A stretch of 64,000 nt of DNA from Leucoraja ocellata (taxonomy: Eukaryota): positions 62,001 through 126,000 of the forward strand of contig JAWMAR010000478.1 of NCBI GenBank assembly GCA_036785375.1, given 5' to 3'. The notes beneath the pieces were generated by a model that saw nothing but the letters and a program-made list of their open reading frames with translations, searched no databases and was not told the origin of the DNA. A program made the translations under genes and the position numbers. Below are positions 37,008 through 49,096 of this stretch, piece by piece. Each line of letters opens with the position of its first letter. Within the stretch, counting starts at the first letter, position 1.

Positions 37008-38482
37008 TGATGACCAAGTTCTTTCCCGTTATAGAGAGTGAGCGTTGCTTCCACAGCTCCAGTTTCTTCCCAACCTTGGCTATCACTCCAGCATAATCTT
37101 GTCACATGCTCAGCCCCCTCGAACCAGATCCCCAGCACCTTCAGGCTTGATGGTGAAGGGGACGGAGGAACGGTCGGGCCAGTTGCCAAAGAGCAAGGCC
37201 TCGCTCTTCCTGCGGTTCACCCTGGCTCCCGTGGCCGACTCAAACTGGTCGCAGATGCTGATCAATCTGCGGACCGACCCTGGATCCGAGCAGAAGACGG
37301 CGACATCGCCCATGTACAGGGAGGTTTTGACCCGAGTGCCCCCACTGCCTGGCAATGTCACTCCTCTTATGCTCGCATCCTTCCTGATGGACTCGGCATA
37401 AGGTTCAATACAACAGACAAACAAGACAGGGGAGAGAGGGCAACCCTGCCTGACTCCAGACCTGACGGGGAAACTGTCTGATTCCCACCCATTGATTTGG
37501 ACTACACTACAGATATCGGCGTAGAGCAGTTAGATTCAATTCCTGATTCTCTTCCCAAAGCCCATTTTGGAGAGCACGTCCCTCATGTGCACGTGCGATG
37601 TCCTGTCGAAGGCCTTCTCCTGGTCCAAGCTGACTAGGCAGTCATCCACATGTCTGCACTGCATGTAGGCGATGGTATCTCTCAGCAGCGCCAGGCTGTC
37701 TGAGATTTTCCTGCCAGGTACAGCACAGGTTTGGTCCGGGTGGATCACCCATCCCAGGGCAGTCTTGACCCGGTTGGCGATGGCCTTAGACAGGATCTTG
37801 TAATCAACATTCAATAATGTGATGGGTCTCCAATTCCTTATATCATTCATCTCCTCCTTCTGCTGTAGATTAGGGTGATGCTGCCCTTCCTCATTGAGTC
37901 TGACATGCTGCCGGCTAGAAGCATGTGGTTGTACACTTCCAGCAGGTCCGGGCCCACCCAGTGCCACAGAGCCCAATAAAACTCGGCTGGTAAGCCATCG
38001 CTTCCGGGCGTTTTATTCGAGTCAATGGAATGGATGGATCCAGTCAGCTCCTCTAGGGTCAGTGGTTGTTCCAGACTCTCCCGCTTGCTGTCCTCCAAGA
38101 CCTCCGTGATGGAGGACAGGAAGTTCTGGGAGGCGGTGCTGTCTGTGGCCTTTCTGTCGCACAAATCCGTATAAAATGATGTGCAGATCCTCAGCATGTC
38201 CGTCTGTGAGGATGTTACCGAGCCGTCCTTCTCCCTAAGGCTGTTGATCACAGAGCTCCCCCTGTGAACCTTACGGAAGAAGAAACGTGAGCACGTCTCA
38301 TCCTGCTCCACTTGGCGGATCCTTGAGAAGAAGATGATCTTGGAGGATTCGCAGGTAAAGAGCCGAGTTTGCCGGCCCTTCAACTCTCTAAGTTCCTCCC
38401 TCACATCCCCCCCTCTCGACTGCAGAAGGAGCAGTTGCTACAAATCTGTCTGGAGTTGACACAATTCCCTCTGACTCTGTCT

Positions 38483-39425
38483 AGAATATAGAATACATTT
38501 ATTGTCATTACACAATACTGTGCAACAAAATCCATTGCATCTCCTTCAGTTTAAAAAGAACAAAACACAACAGCCATTGACTCACATATACACAAATCAG
38601 TAAATAAATAGGTATTAAAAATATTTTAAAGGTTATTTCGCATTATCTTGCACCACGAATTATATTGTGCTTCCCCCAGTGTTCTCTGTTAGAGTTAAGT
38701 TCTTTTATCACACATGGGTAGAAACTATTTTTTAGTCTACAGAGACCTGTATCGCCTCCCAGAGGGTAGCAGAGTGAAAAGGTGATTGGCAGAGTGCGAT
38801 GTGCCCTGTTTGATGTTTGTGGCCTGGCGCAAGCATCGGGCCGTGTATATGTCATCCAGGGAGGGTAGTTGAGCGTTTGTGATGCTCTGTGCAGTTTTTA
38901 TAACTCTCTGCAGCGCCCTCCTCTCAGCCACAGTGCAGCTAGCAAACCACACCAGGATGCCCTAGGAGAGGATACTTTCCACTGCCCACCGGTAGAAGGA
39001 CAGCAGCAGCGGCTGTGAAACGTTTGCTCTCCGCAGAGACCTCAGGAAATACAGCCGCTGCTGTGACTTCTTCACCAGAGTGACGGTGTTCATTTGCCAT
39101 TTGAGGTCCTGGGAGATGTATATTCCCAGAAACTTAAAGTCAGTGACTCTCTCCACCATGTATCCTTTGATGCAGAGAGGAGCAGGTTCCACTATCCTCC
39201 TCCTGAAGTCAACAACCAGTTCTTTTGTTTTGGTTGGGTTGAGTACCAGGTTATTTTTAGTGCACCAGACAGTCAGTTTTTGGACTTCATCTCTGTAGGC
39301 AGACTCGTCGTTGTTATTTATCAGCCCCACCACAGTCGTGTCATCCGCAAACTTGATGATACGGTTTGTGCTGTGTGTTGGTGTGCAGTCAGAGGTGTAT
39401 ATTGTGTATAAGATGGGACTCAGCA
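38483..39425 (-). mobile_element. Rex1/Babar element nested in Tx1
   Basis: LSPILYTIYTSDC...KFADDTTVVGLI...FKFLG...QRLYFLR; TSD ctgtct at 38477-38482 and 39426-39431. Confidence 0.88.
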
Positions 39426-42400
39426 CTGTCTTGCTCTCTGAACCCCTTTAAATATGAAGAACCTCTTGATGTTTTCCTGGGTTGCTTCCCACCAGTGTGT
39501 CGGGGAGTCAAAGAGGGGCCTCACCGTTCTCCAACATGCATAGTCCCTCTTTAGCTCCTCAATGTACTCTGGGGTTAACAGCTTCACATTTAACTTCCAC
39601 GTCCCTCTGCCTGCCTTCCGATACACATTAGTCAGCTGGAGCGGAGAGCCACGGTACATTACATCCACCACTAGGAGAAGCCCCCTCCCCCCCCCCCCCA
39701 CCCCCTCCAACGACCTCCATGACCTCAGTGATGGTGAATCTCCCTCCCCGCAGCAAGATCCCCGGACCGGAAGCGCGGAAATCATTGCCCCCCCGACCGT
39801 ACCGACAGTCCGTGTGGCCCAGATACTGTGAGGCGTTTACACATCGCACAGTGTTCTTCACACTGCGCACGTTTAGCGAGGCCAGTTTTAGCTCCATTGC
39901 CCTTAAATTGTCACTGACCATGATGTTGTCCTCTCATGCCCACCGCTTTGGTGAATTGTAGCACCGTTTCTGGGCTCAGGTACTGGGTGCTGGCATCCTC
40001 AAGTAGGGGGGTCTCCTCTGGCGTAGCTGAAGTTGTTGGAGGGACCCTCCTTGTTCCACCCACTTCTGGGCGCAGCTCCCCATCCATCTCCTGTAGCTGG
40101 CGTATGGTGGCTGATTCAGTGTTCCCAGTCTCCCGGAGATGGGGCCCATTGGCCGCTGCACTGCTCCCGGTCCTGCAGGACAACAAGCGAGCCCTTTCCC
40201 TTTCCGTTCTCCTCTCCCGTTTTCTTCCTCTGCCTCCGTCGCCGGGTCCACGATGTCGCCTCCTCCTCCGACGAGGGGAGGTTTCTGCCTACACTGCACT
40301 CCCTCAATAGCAAGAATGTCCCTCAAATTAGGAGATCAAACTGCAAGTTAGGAGACCAAAACTATGTCCCCTGGCCCTCGATTCCCCTACTCTGGGCAAG
40401 AGATTCTGTGCGTTTACCAGATTATTCCTCTCAATTTTGTACACCTCTATAAGATCAGCCCTCATCCTCCTGCGCTCCAAGGAATAGAGTCCCAGACTAC
40501 TTAACCTTTCCCCGTAGCTCAGACCCTCGAGTCCAGGCAACATCCTCGTAAACATTTGGTATTTTCCCAATGACTCTACTGAACTACTGTATACTTCCTA
40601 TCGGGATGCATCACAGCTTGGTTTGGGAACAGCTCAGCCCAAGACCGTAAAAAAATACACAGAGAGTTGTGGACGTAGCCCGGTCCCTGTCACACAAACC
40701 AACCTCGCCCCTCGCCTATCGCCCCATATCTGAGGAAGGAGGTGCTGGTTCTTGAGAAGGTCCAGAGTAGATTTACAAGAATTATTCCAGGACTTAGTGG
40801 GTTAGCGTCTGATGAGCGATTGACGGCACTGGCCCGTACTCGCCGGTGTTTAGAAGGTTGAGGGGGGGAACCTCATTTAAATGTACAGAATAGTGAAAGG
40901 CCTGCATAGAGTGGATGTGGGAAGGATTTTTCCATTGGTGGGAGAGTCTAGGACCAGAGATAGCCTCAGAATTAAAGGGCGCTCTTTTAGAAAGGAGGTA
41001 AGGAGCAATTTCTTTAGTCAGTTGTGGTGAAAATTGAATTATTTGCCGCTGAGGGCAAGTCAATGGATATTTTTAATGCAGAGATAGACAAATTCCTGAT
41101 TAGAACGGATGTCAAGGGTTATGGGGAGAAGGCAGGAAAATGGGATTGGGAGGCTGAGATCAGGCATGATTGAATGGGGGAATAGGCTCGATGGGCCGAA
41201 TGGCCTAATTCTACTCCGATAACTTGTGAACTTGCAACTCCATCTACACTTCACGCTGCCTCGGGAAAACTACCAACATAATCAAGGGCTGTTCACACCG
41301 CAGCCATTCCCTCTTCTCCCCTCTCCCATCGGGAGGCATGGTGGCACAGCGATAGAACTGCTGCCTTACAGCGAATGCTGCACTGATGACCCAGGTTCGA
41401 TCCCTTCTCATCCCTCAACATATAAAATTATAAAAGGACTGGACAAGCTAGATGCAACAATAATGTTCCCAATGTTGGGCGAGTCCAGAAGCAGAAGGCA
41501 GTGGAGGCCAAGTCACTGGATGGATTTAAGAGCGAGTTAGATAGAGCTCTAGGGGCTAGTGGAATCAAGGGATGTAGGGAGAAGGCAGGCACGGGTTATT
41601 GATTGGGGACGATCAGCCATGATCACAATGAATGGCGATGCTGGCTCAAAGGGCCGAATGGCCTCCTCCTGCGTCTATTTTCTATGTTTCTCCCTCTTTC
41701 CCTCCTTGTTTCTCTCCCTGCTTCCCTCCCCCTCCATCCTCTCCCTCCCATCCTCTCACCTCCCCTCCTTTCCCCGGTCCCTCTCCCCTTCCTCCCACCC
41801 TCATCCCTCTCCCTATCCGTGTTCTCCAGAAGGGTTTCGGCCCGAAACGTCGCCTATTTCCTTCGCTCCATAGATGCTGCTGCACCCGCTGAGTTTCTCC
41901 AGCAATTTTGTGTACCTTCGATCTTCCAGCATCTGCAGTTCCTTCTTGAAAACCATAGTCTCTGTTTAGGCTAATGGAAGGGAGGAAGAGAGAGAGAGAG
42001 AGAGAGAGAGAGTAAATGCTGATAAAGACGGGAGCCGTGAGTTTATCTGAACCAAATTAGCTGCTTCCTCACTAAAGCCAAACACGTCCACTCTCTCCAA
42101 CACATCCTGACTATTCCCAGGTACAATTGTCTGTTTAATAACCCGATGCTCCCCCTCCTCCATCGCCCCTCCCTCCGCCCCCCACTCCCATCCTCCTTCC
42201 CTCTCCCCCTCCATATCTCTCTCCCTCCCCCCCCTCTCCCATCCTCCCTTCCTCTTCCCCCTCCCTCCCTCTCACCACCCCCCCCCCCCTCCCCCCGACT
42301 CACCCCTCCCCTCCTTTCCTCGGTCCCTCGCTCCTTCATTCCTTCCTTCCTCCCCCCCCCCTTCCATCCCCCCTCTCTCACTCCCTTCCTTCCCCCTCTC

Positions 42401-42626
42401 CCATCCTCCTCTCTCCCTCCCTCATCCCTCTCCCTATCCGTGTGCTCCAGAGATGCTGCCTGTCCCGCTGAGTTACTCCAGCACTCTGTGTGTCCAATGC
42501 CTGTGTCGGGGTCTGGGTTGGTCTCTGTGTCGGGACATCCTGGAGACATTTGTTGAGCGTCGGGGAGGTTCCCGGACGATGCCGCCCACAAGGCGAGAAG
42601 GTTTTTCATCCATCGCCGAGGTCAAG

Positions 42627-42755
42627 ATGTCCCAGAATAATCTGGCTGCTGTGTTTCTCCTCCTCGCCACGTTGGCTCACAGGGGCTGCGCTTGTATGAA
42701 CTGTGACCGCCGGCTCTGCTCCACGTTCCTGGACCTGATCAACCGCTGTCTGATG
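42627..42755 (+). pseudogene. Truncated exon encoding signal peptide plus CxxCD, Izumo-family-like (tentative)
   Basis: aagATG MSQNNLAAVFLLLATLAHRGCA-CMNCDRRLCSTFLDLINRC. Signal peptide is followed directly by CxxCD and an amphipathic helix, as at Izumo-domain N-termini. It is cut off by a hairpin repeat at 42765. Confidence 0.45.
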
Positions 42756-42764
42756 TTTCAGAAA

Positions 42765-42950
42765 CAACTGCAGATGCTGGAAAAATCGAAGGTAAACAAA
42801 AATGCTGGAGAAACTCAGCGGGTGAGGCAGCATCTGTGGAACAGAGGAGTAGGCGACGTCACATATTCTTTCGTTCCATAGATGCTGCCTCACCCGCTGA
42901 GTTTCTCCAGCATTTTTGTTTATCTTCGATTTTTCCAGCATCTGCAGTTG
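42765..42950. repeat. Near-perfect hairpin element (~78-bp arms, ~30-bp loop) at the palindrome centre
   Basis: caactgcagatgctggaaaaatcgaag...gcagcatctgtggaac pairs with gttccatagatgctgc...cttcgatttttccagcatctgcagttg. Confidence 0.9.
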
Positions 42951-45900
42951 CCCCGTCACAGAGACCAACCCAGGCCCCGACACAGACATTGGAGACACAG
43001 AGTGTTGGAGTAACTCAGCGGGACAGGCAGCATCTCTGGAAGAATAGGTGCTGTTACAGAAGGGTCTCAACTCGAAATTTGGGGAATGAAGAACCTGAGG
43101 ACATAGGTATAATGTGAGGGGGGAAAGATTGAATAGGAACTTTTGGGAAAGGTTTTCATTCAGAGGGTGGTGGGTGTATGGAACAAGCTGCAGGTGGAGG
43201 TGATTGAGGCAGCAACTATAACATTTAAAAGACATTGGGCAGGTACATGGATAGGACAGGTTTGGGGGGCTTTTGGGCCAAACACAGGCAGGTGGGACTG
43301 GTGTAACTGGGACATGTTGGTCGGTGTGGGCTAGTTGGGCCGAAGGGCCTGTTTCCACGCTGTGTGACTCTAAAACAAAAGGGACTACAATGAGGTAGAT
43401 TGGAAGGTTGGGAAATTCATTTCTAACTTATGAAAGGAACATAGACTGACACAGCGTGGAAACAGGCCCTTTGGCCCAACTTGGCCACACCGGCCAACAT
43501 GTACCATCTGCACTAGTCCCACCTGCCTGCATTTGGTCCATATCCCTCCAAATGTGTCCTATCCATGTTCCTGTCTAACTGTTTCTTAAACGTAGGGACA
43601 GTCCCTGCCTCAAGTACCTCCTCCGGCAGCTCGTTGCGTACACCCACCACCCTTTGTGTGAAAGAGTTACCCCTCAGACAACTATTAAATATTTTCACCT
43701 ATGTCCTCTGGTGCCCCTACGCTGGCCAAGAGATTCAGCGTGTCTACCCAATCTATTCTTCTCATTATTCCCCCACCCCCTCATCCTCCTGCACTCCAGT
43801 AATCTGATAACTAAGGGGATGAATCCTTTCCTGAATCTGGGGGTACGCTCTTTCAAGCTTTTCTATTTAGTTTAGTTTAGAGATACAGTGCGGAAGCAGG
43901 CCCTTCGGCCCACCGGATCAGCGCCGACCAGCGATCCCCGCACACTAACACTATCCTACACACACTAGGGACAATTTTTAAAAACATTTACACCGTCAAT
44001 TTACCTACATACCTGTACATCTTTGGAGTGTGGGAGGAAACCGAAGATCTCAGAGAAAACCCATGCAGGTCACGGGGAGAACGTCCAAGCTCCGTAGTCG
44101 GGATCATAGAAACATAGAAATTAGGTGCAGGAGGAGGCCATTCGGCCCTTCGAGCCAGCACCGCCATTCATTGTGATTATGGCTGATCGTCCCCAATCAA
44201 TAACCCGTGCCTGCCTTCTCCCCATATCCCTTGATACCATTTGCCCCGAGAGCTCTATCTAACTCTCTCTTAAATCCATCCAGTGACTAGGCCTCCACAT
44301 CCGTCTGTGGCAGGGAATTACACAAATTCACAACTCTCTGGGTGAAAACTTCCCCTTTATTCTAAGACTGTGGCCCCTGGTTCTGGACTCGCCCAACATT
44401 GGGAACATTTTTCCTGCATCTAGCTTGTCCAGTCCTTTTATAATTTTATATGTTGAGGGATGAGAAGGGATCGAACCTGGGTCTTCAGTGCAGCATTCGC
44501 TGTAAGGCAGCAGCTCTACCGCTCTACCGCTAAAATATTCAGTGACTTGCCCTCAGCGGCAAATAATTCAATTTTCACATCTGACTAAAGAAATTGCTCC
44601 TCACCTCCTTTCTAAAAGAGCGCCCTTTAATTCTGAGGCTATCTCTAAGTCCTAGACTCTCCCACCAATGGAAACATCCTTCCCACATCCACTCTATGCA
44701 GGCCTTTCACTAATCTGTACATTTAAATGAGGTCCCCCCTCAACCTTCTAAACGCCAGCTAGTACAGGCCCAGTGCCGTCAATCGCTCATCAGACGCTAA
44801 CCCACTAATTCCTGGAATCATTCTTGTAAACCTACTCTGGACCCTCTCAAGAACCAGCACCTCCTTCCTCAGATATGGGGCGATAGGCGAGGGGCGAGGT
44901 TGGTTTGTGTGACAGGGACCGGGCTACGTCCACAACTCTCTGTGTATTTTATTTACGCTGGAGTGATAGCCAAGGTTGGGAAGAAACTGGAGCTGTGGAA
45001 GCAAAGCTCACTCTCTATAACGGGAAAGAACTTGGTCATCAGGTGCGAGGTGCTCTCGGGGCTGCTGTACTTGGCGCACGTGTGGCCTGTCCCTTCCCCC
45101 TATGCCACAGGGAGCACCCGGGCCGTCTTCCAGTTCATCCGGGGGTCGAGGATTGACCGGGTGCGACGGGCCACAATACACAAGTTGGCAGACAAAGGGG
45201 GTAAATGCGTGCCCAACGTCGCCCTCACCCTGATGGCCACCTTCGTGTGTGGCTGCATCAGGCGGAGTGTAGAGCCAAGGCACGTGGGCACCAAGCGTCA
45301 CTACCTGCGGAGGTTCTACCTGTCCCCGGTGTTGCGAAGGATGGGCCTGGCGCAGATGCCATGAAATATGCCAGTCAGCTGGACATTGTGCACCATCTGT
45401 CATTTGTGGAAAGTTTCTTCCAGACCAACACCATTGACCACAATTCATCGGGCAGTGGTCAGCACGGAACGTCCTGCAGGCTCTACAGTGAAATGACTCC
45501 ATGGATCCTGTGGCGTGGTTCCCAGAGCAGACTGCCCAGCTTGTCTGGCAAAATGCCTCATCGCCAGTACTCACCAACAAGCACCAAGAACTTGTCTTGG
45601 CTGGCGGTGAGGGGAGCCCTCCCAGTCAGATCCTTCCTGCACCGTCAGAACCTCACTACCAGCGCACGCTGCCCTTGGGACGGCTGCTATGGAGAGGAGA
45701 CGGTTGCCCACCTCGTTGCAGAGTGTGGATTTGCAAAGACAGTCTGGAGAGGTTTGCAAGGGTCCCTGTCACGATTTATTCTGAACAGCTCTGTCACAGA
45801 GGGCTCTGTGATTCACGGACTGCTCCCAGGGACACATTCAGAGACTGACATCGAGTGCTGCTGGAAGGTCATCAACTCGGTGAAAGACGCCCTTTGGTCT

Positions 45901-48900
45901 GCCTGAGCTTTGTTGGCCACCCAGCGGAGCGGGATGTCTGTCGGAGAATGTTGCCTACTGGCCCGCTGCAGACTGCAGGAGTACGTGCTGAAGGGACGCA
46001 CTGAAGCTTGGTGTAGCCAACGCCAAGGCTCGGTTGGGGGGGGGGTCCCTCTACGCAGGAATTCTCCCCCTCTACATCAGGGACCTGGGGTGCAGGGTAT
46101 TGCACCGGAGTCCCCTGCAACCTGTTTCTCTCGCGGTTCACAGACTCACCAGCCGTCTGCCACCTTTGTGGGCTGGAAGAATCTGTGAGCCACGTGTGTG
46201 TGTGTGAGGCTGCATCCCCTGTTCCAATATCTAATGCGGCTGCTACTTGCCTTCTGGCTGCATTTCTCACCTACCATCCTCATCTTTGGACACCCTGTGC
46301 ATGGGGGAGAGGGTAGGGCTGAAGATGTCCTGGTTGGGTTGCTCCTGGGCCTGGCCAAGCTGGCTATCCTCAAGTCACTGGGTCAGGCAGAAGAGGGCTC
46401 TGCCCGAGCCAGCTGCCTGCCCCTTTTCCGGGGTTACATCCGTGCCCGGGTGGTGTTAGAGAGGGACTACGCACCAAAGATCCTATAGCGGAGCAAGATA
46501 GACCACTCCTGCTAAATACAATGGGCTGACGTGTAGTATGCAACGGAACGGAACGTGGGCCTTTTTTTCATCCATTTCCGTAACCGGACCCTACCCGACT
46601 CGCAGTGTAATCAACGCTGCGGGGGATCAGTTTGTGTTAATACATTAAAATTCTGAAAATGAGAAGATTTTTACCAACTAACTTTTATTTTTACGAGGAT
46701 GTTTCCGTAACCGGCTTACGTCTCCGCACTATTATCCTATGGGATCTGTGGTGCGGAGACGGAAGCCGGTTACGGGAATGGGGCCTTAAATTACCCATGA
46801 ATATGCCCATGACCGTACTATGTCTTTTGGTCGAGTGGACGATCTTGCTCGCTGTAGGATCTTTGCTACACACTGTCCACGGGCAACTTGGGGGATTTGC
46901 CGCACCGTTGGGCACGGCGGGGGGTGGAATGCATCCTTGACAAGGATTGTAACATAGTTGTATAGTCGATTATTAAGTATATTTGTTGGTCTTGTATTAT
47001 GGGGGTGGGATCTGGTTTGTTTCATTGTATTGTAAATATTATTTTTAATAATTAATTACATTTTTTGATATAAAAAAAATTCTTAGTGAGGGAGGATCAC
47101 AGTCTAGGTTCCTTCCGCTGCTGGACATGGGGGGCAGGGTGTGGTGGAGACGCCCTCGAAAATATGGGAATGGATTCCATGCCAGTGGGCCACATGAGTG
47201 GCAAGGGGGGGGGGATAAATTTGTGTAATTTGTGTAAACATTATTGAAAGTATATATGGCCTCCAAGAATGTTGGATGGAGTCTTGTAAGGATCAACTAT
47301 CGGATATATTTATTTCTCAAATAAAGTATATTTTGAAATTTTAAAAATTGAATCTTTCGAAAGGACACAATCGCGACTTTAACAAGATATTCAGACGGGA
47401 ATGTAATCGGAAGGCTTTAGTTTAGTTTAGAGACACAGCGAGGACACAGAACATACGTGCAGGAGTAGGCCATTTGGCCATTCGTGCCAGCACCGCCACT
47501 CAATATGATCATGGCTGACCATCCAAAATTAGTACCCCGTTCCTGCTTTCTCCCCATATCCCTTCATTCCGTTAGCCCAAAGAGCTAAATCTAACTCTTG
47601 AAAACATCAGGTGAATTCGCCTCCACTGCCTTCTGTGGCAGAGAATTCCCAGATTCACAACTCTCTGGGTGAAAATGATTTTCCTCATCTCAGTTCTACA
47701 TGGCTGACCCCATATTCTTAAACTGTGACCCCTGGTTCTGGACTCCTCCCCGATATCGGGATCATTTTCCCTGCATCCCTGTCCAAACCCTTAAGGATGT
47801 ATATGTTTCTATAAGGACCCTCTCATCCTTCTAAATTCCAGTGAATACAAGCCCAGTCGATCCATTCTTTCATCATATGTCAGTCCCGCCATCACGGGAA
47901 TTAACCTGGTGAACCTACGCTGCACTCCCTCAATAGCAAGAATGTCCTTCCTCAAATTAGGAGACAAAAATCAAATAAAAGAGATGTGTAAAACATAATT
48001 CTGAGACATGTGACTGTAATGATTCAGCATTTTAATCTCTTTGTTTACAAATGCAACAAATCCAAATCCTCTGCAGAAAACATGTAATGATATAAAAATA
48101 GTATCAGGATTAATCTTGCACCTGCTCCACTATTAGATGACCATGACTGATTAGTTTTAGTTTAGTGTAGTTTAGAGACACAGCGCGGAAACAGGACCTT
48201 CGGCCCATCGAGTCAGCGCCGACCAGCGATCCCCGCACACTACACACACCCAGTCAAGTCAAGTCAAGTCACTTTTATTTCTATAGCACATTTAAAAAAC
48301 ATCTCTCGTTGACCAAAGTGCTTTACATTGGTGGAGGTACTAACGTTATACAACGGTGGTTCATAGATTAAGTACATACATAAATTCATACATATAGCCC
48401 TCCCTCAGAGGATGACAAGAAAGGCTTGAGAGTAAAGATGCGTTTTAACTCTCGACTTAAAAGAGTCGATGGAGGGGGCAGTTCTGATGGGAAGAGGGAT
48501 GCTGTTCCACAGTCACGGAGTTGCAACCGCAAAGGCACGGTTGCCCCTGAGCTTATGCCTAGACCGCAGGATGTTCAGTAACCCCAAGCCTGCCGATCTG
48601 TGGGACCTGGAGGTGGTGTGGTGGGTAAGCAGGGACAATGTACATTTACAGCAAGCCAATTAACCTACAAACCAGCCCATCTGTGGGGTGTGGGAGCAAA
48701 CCGAAGATCCCGGAGAAAACGCACACAGGTCACGGGGAGAACGTACAAACTCCGCACAGACAGCACCTGTAGTCAGGATCAAACCCGGGTCTCTGGCGCT
48801 GTGAGGCAGCAACTCTACCGCTGCGCCACCGTGCCGCCCTTTGTCAGATTTCCAGCGTCTGCATTTCATTATTATTATTACTCAACAATGCCACATAGAG

Positions 48901-49096
48901 AGCTGCTTGCTATGAAACTTGTTATAGAACATGGTGCTACAAGAGCAAGAGCTTCAGAATAGTATTAGCAACAATCCCACAGGATTCTCAAAATATATAT
49001 TTAATAGCTACGAGTGGATTTTGTAACTGCAGGTAAAGACTGTTTAACAGACTGTCATTTGATAGAAGCAATTATTGTCAATGTTAATAGTTACCC

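Larger units (their letters stand above)
35391..40290 (-). mobile_element. Tx1-like non-LTR elements (two fused families; ORF2 start 39897), decayed
   Basis: APE start MELKLASLNVRSVK, KTPGSDGLPAEFY, NWRPITLLNVDYKI, SLDQEKAFDR, zf-RVT CPWDGC..EETVAHL..EC. Mirrored partial copy on + at 44957-46930. Confidence 0.85.

Noticed and set aside
42606-43358. 250-aa minus-strand ORF across the palindrome centre
   Set aside because: Chance read-through of CR1 antisense, hairpin element and antisense of the Izumo-like exon.
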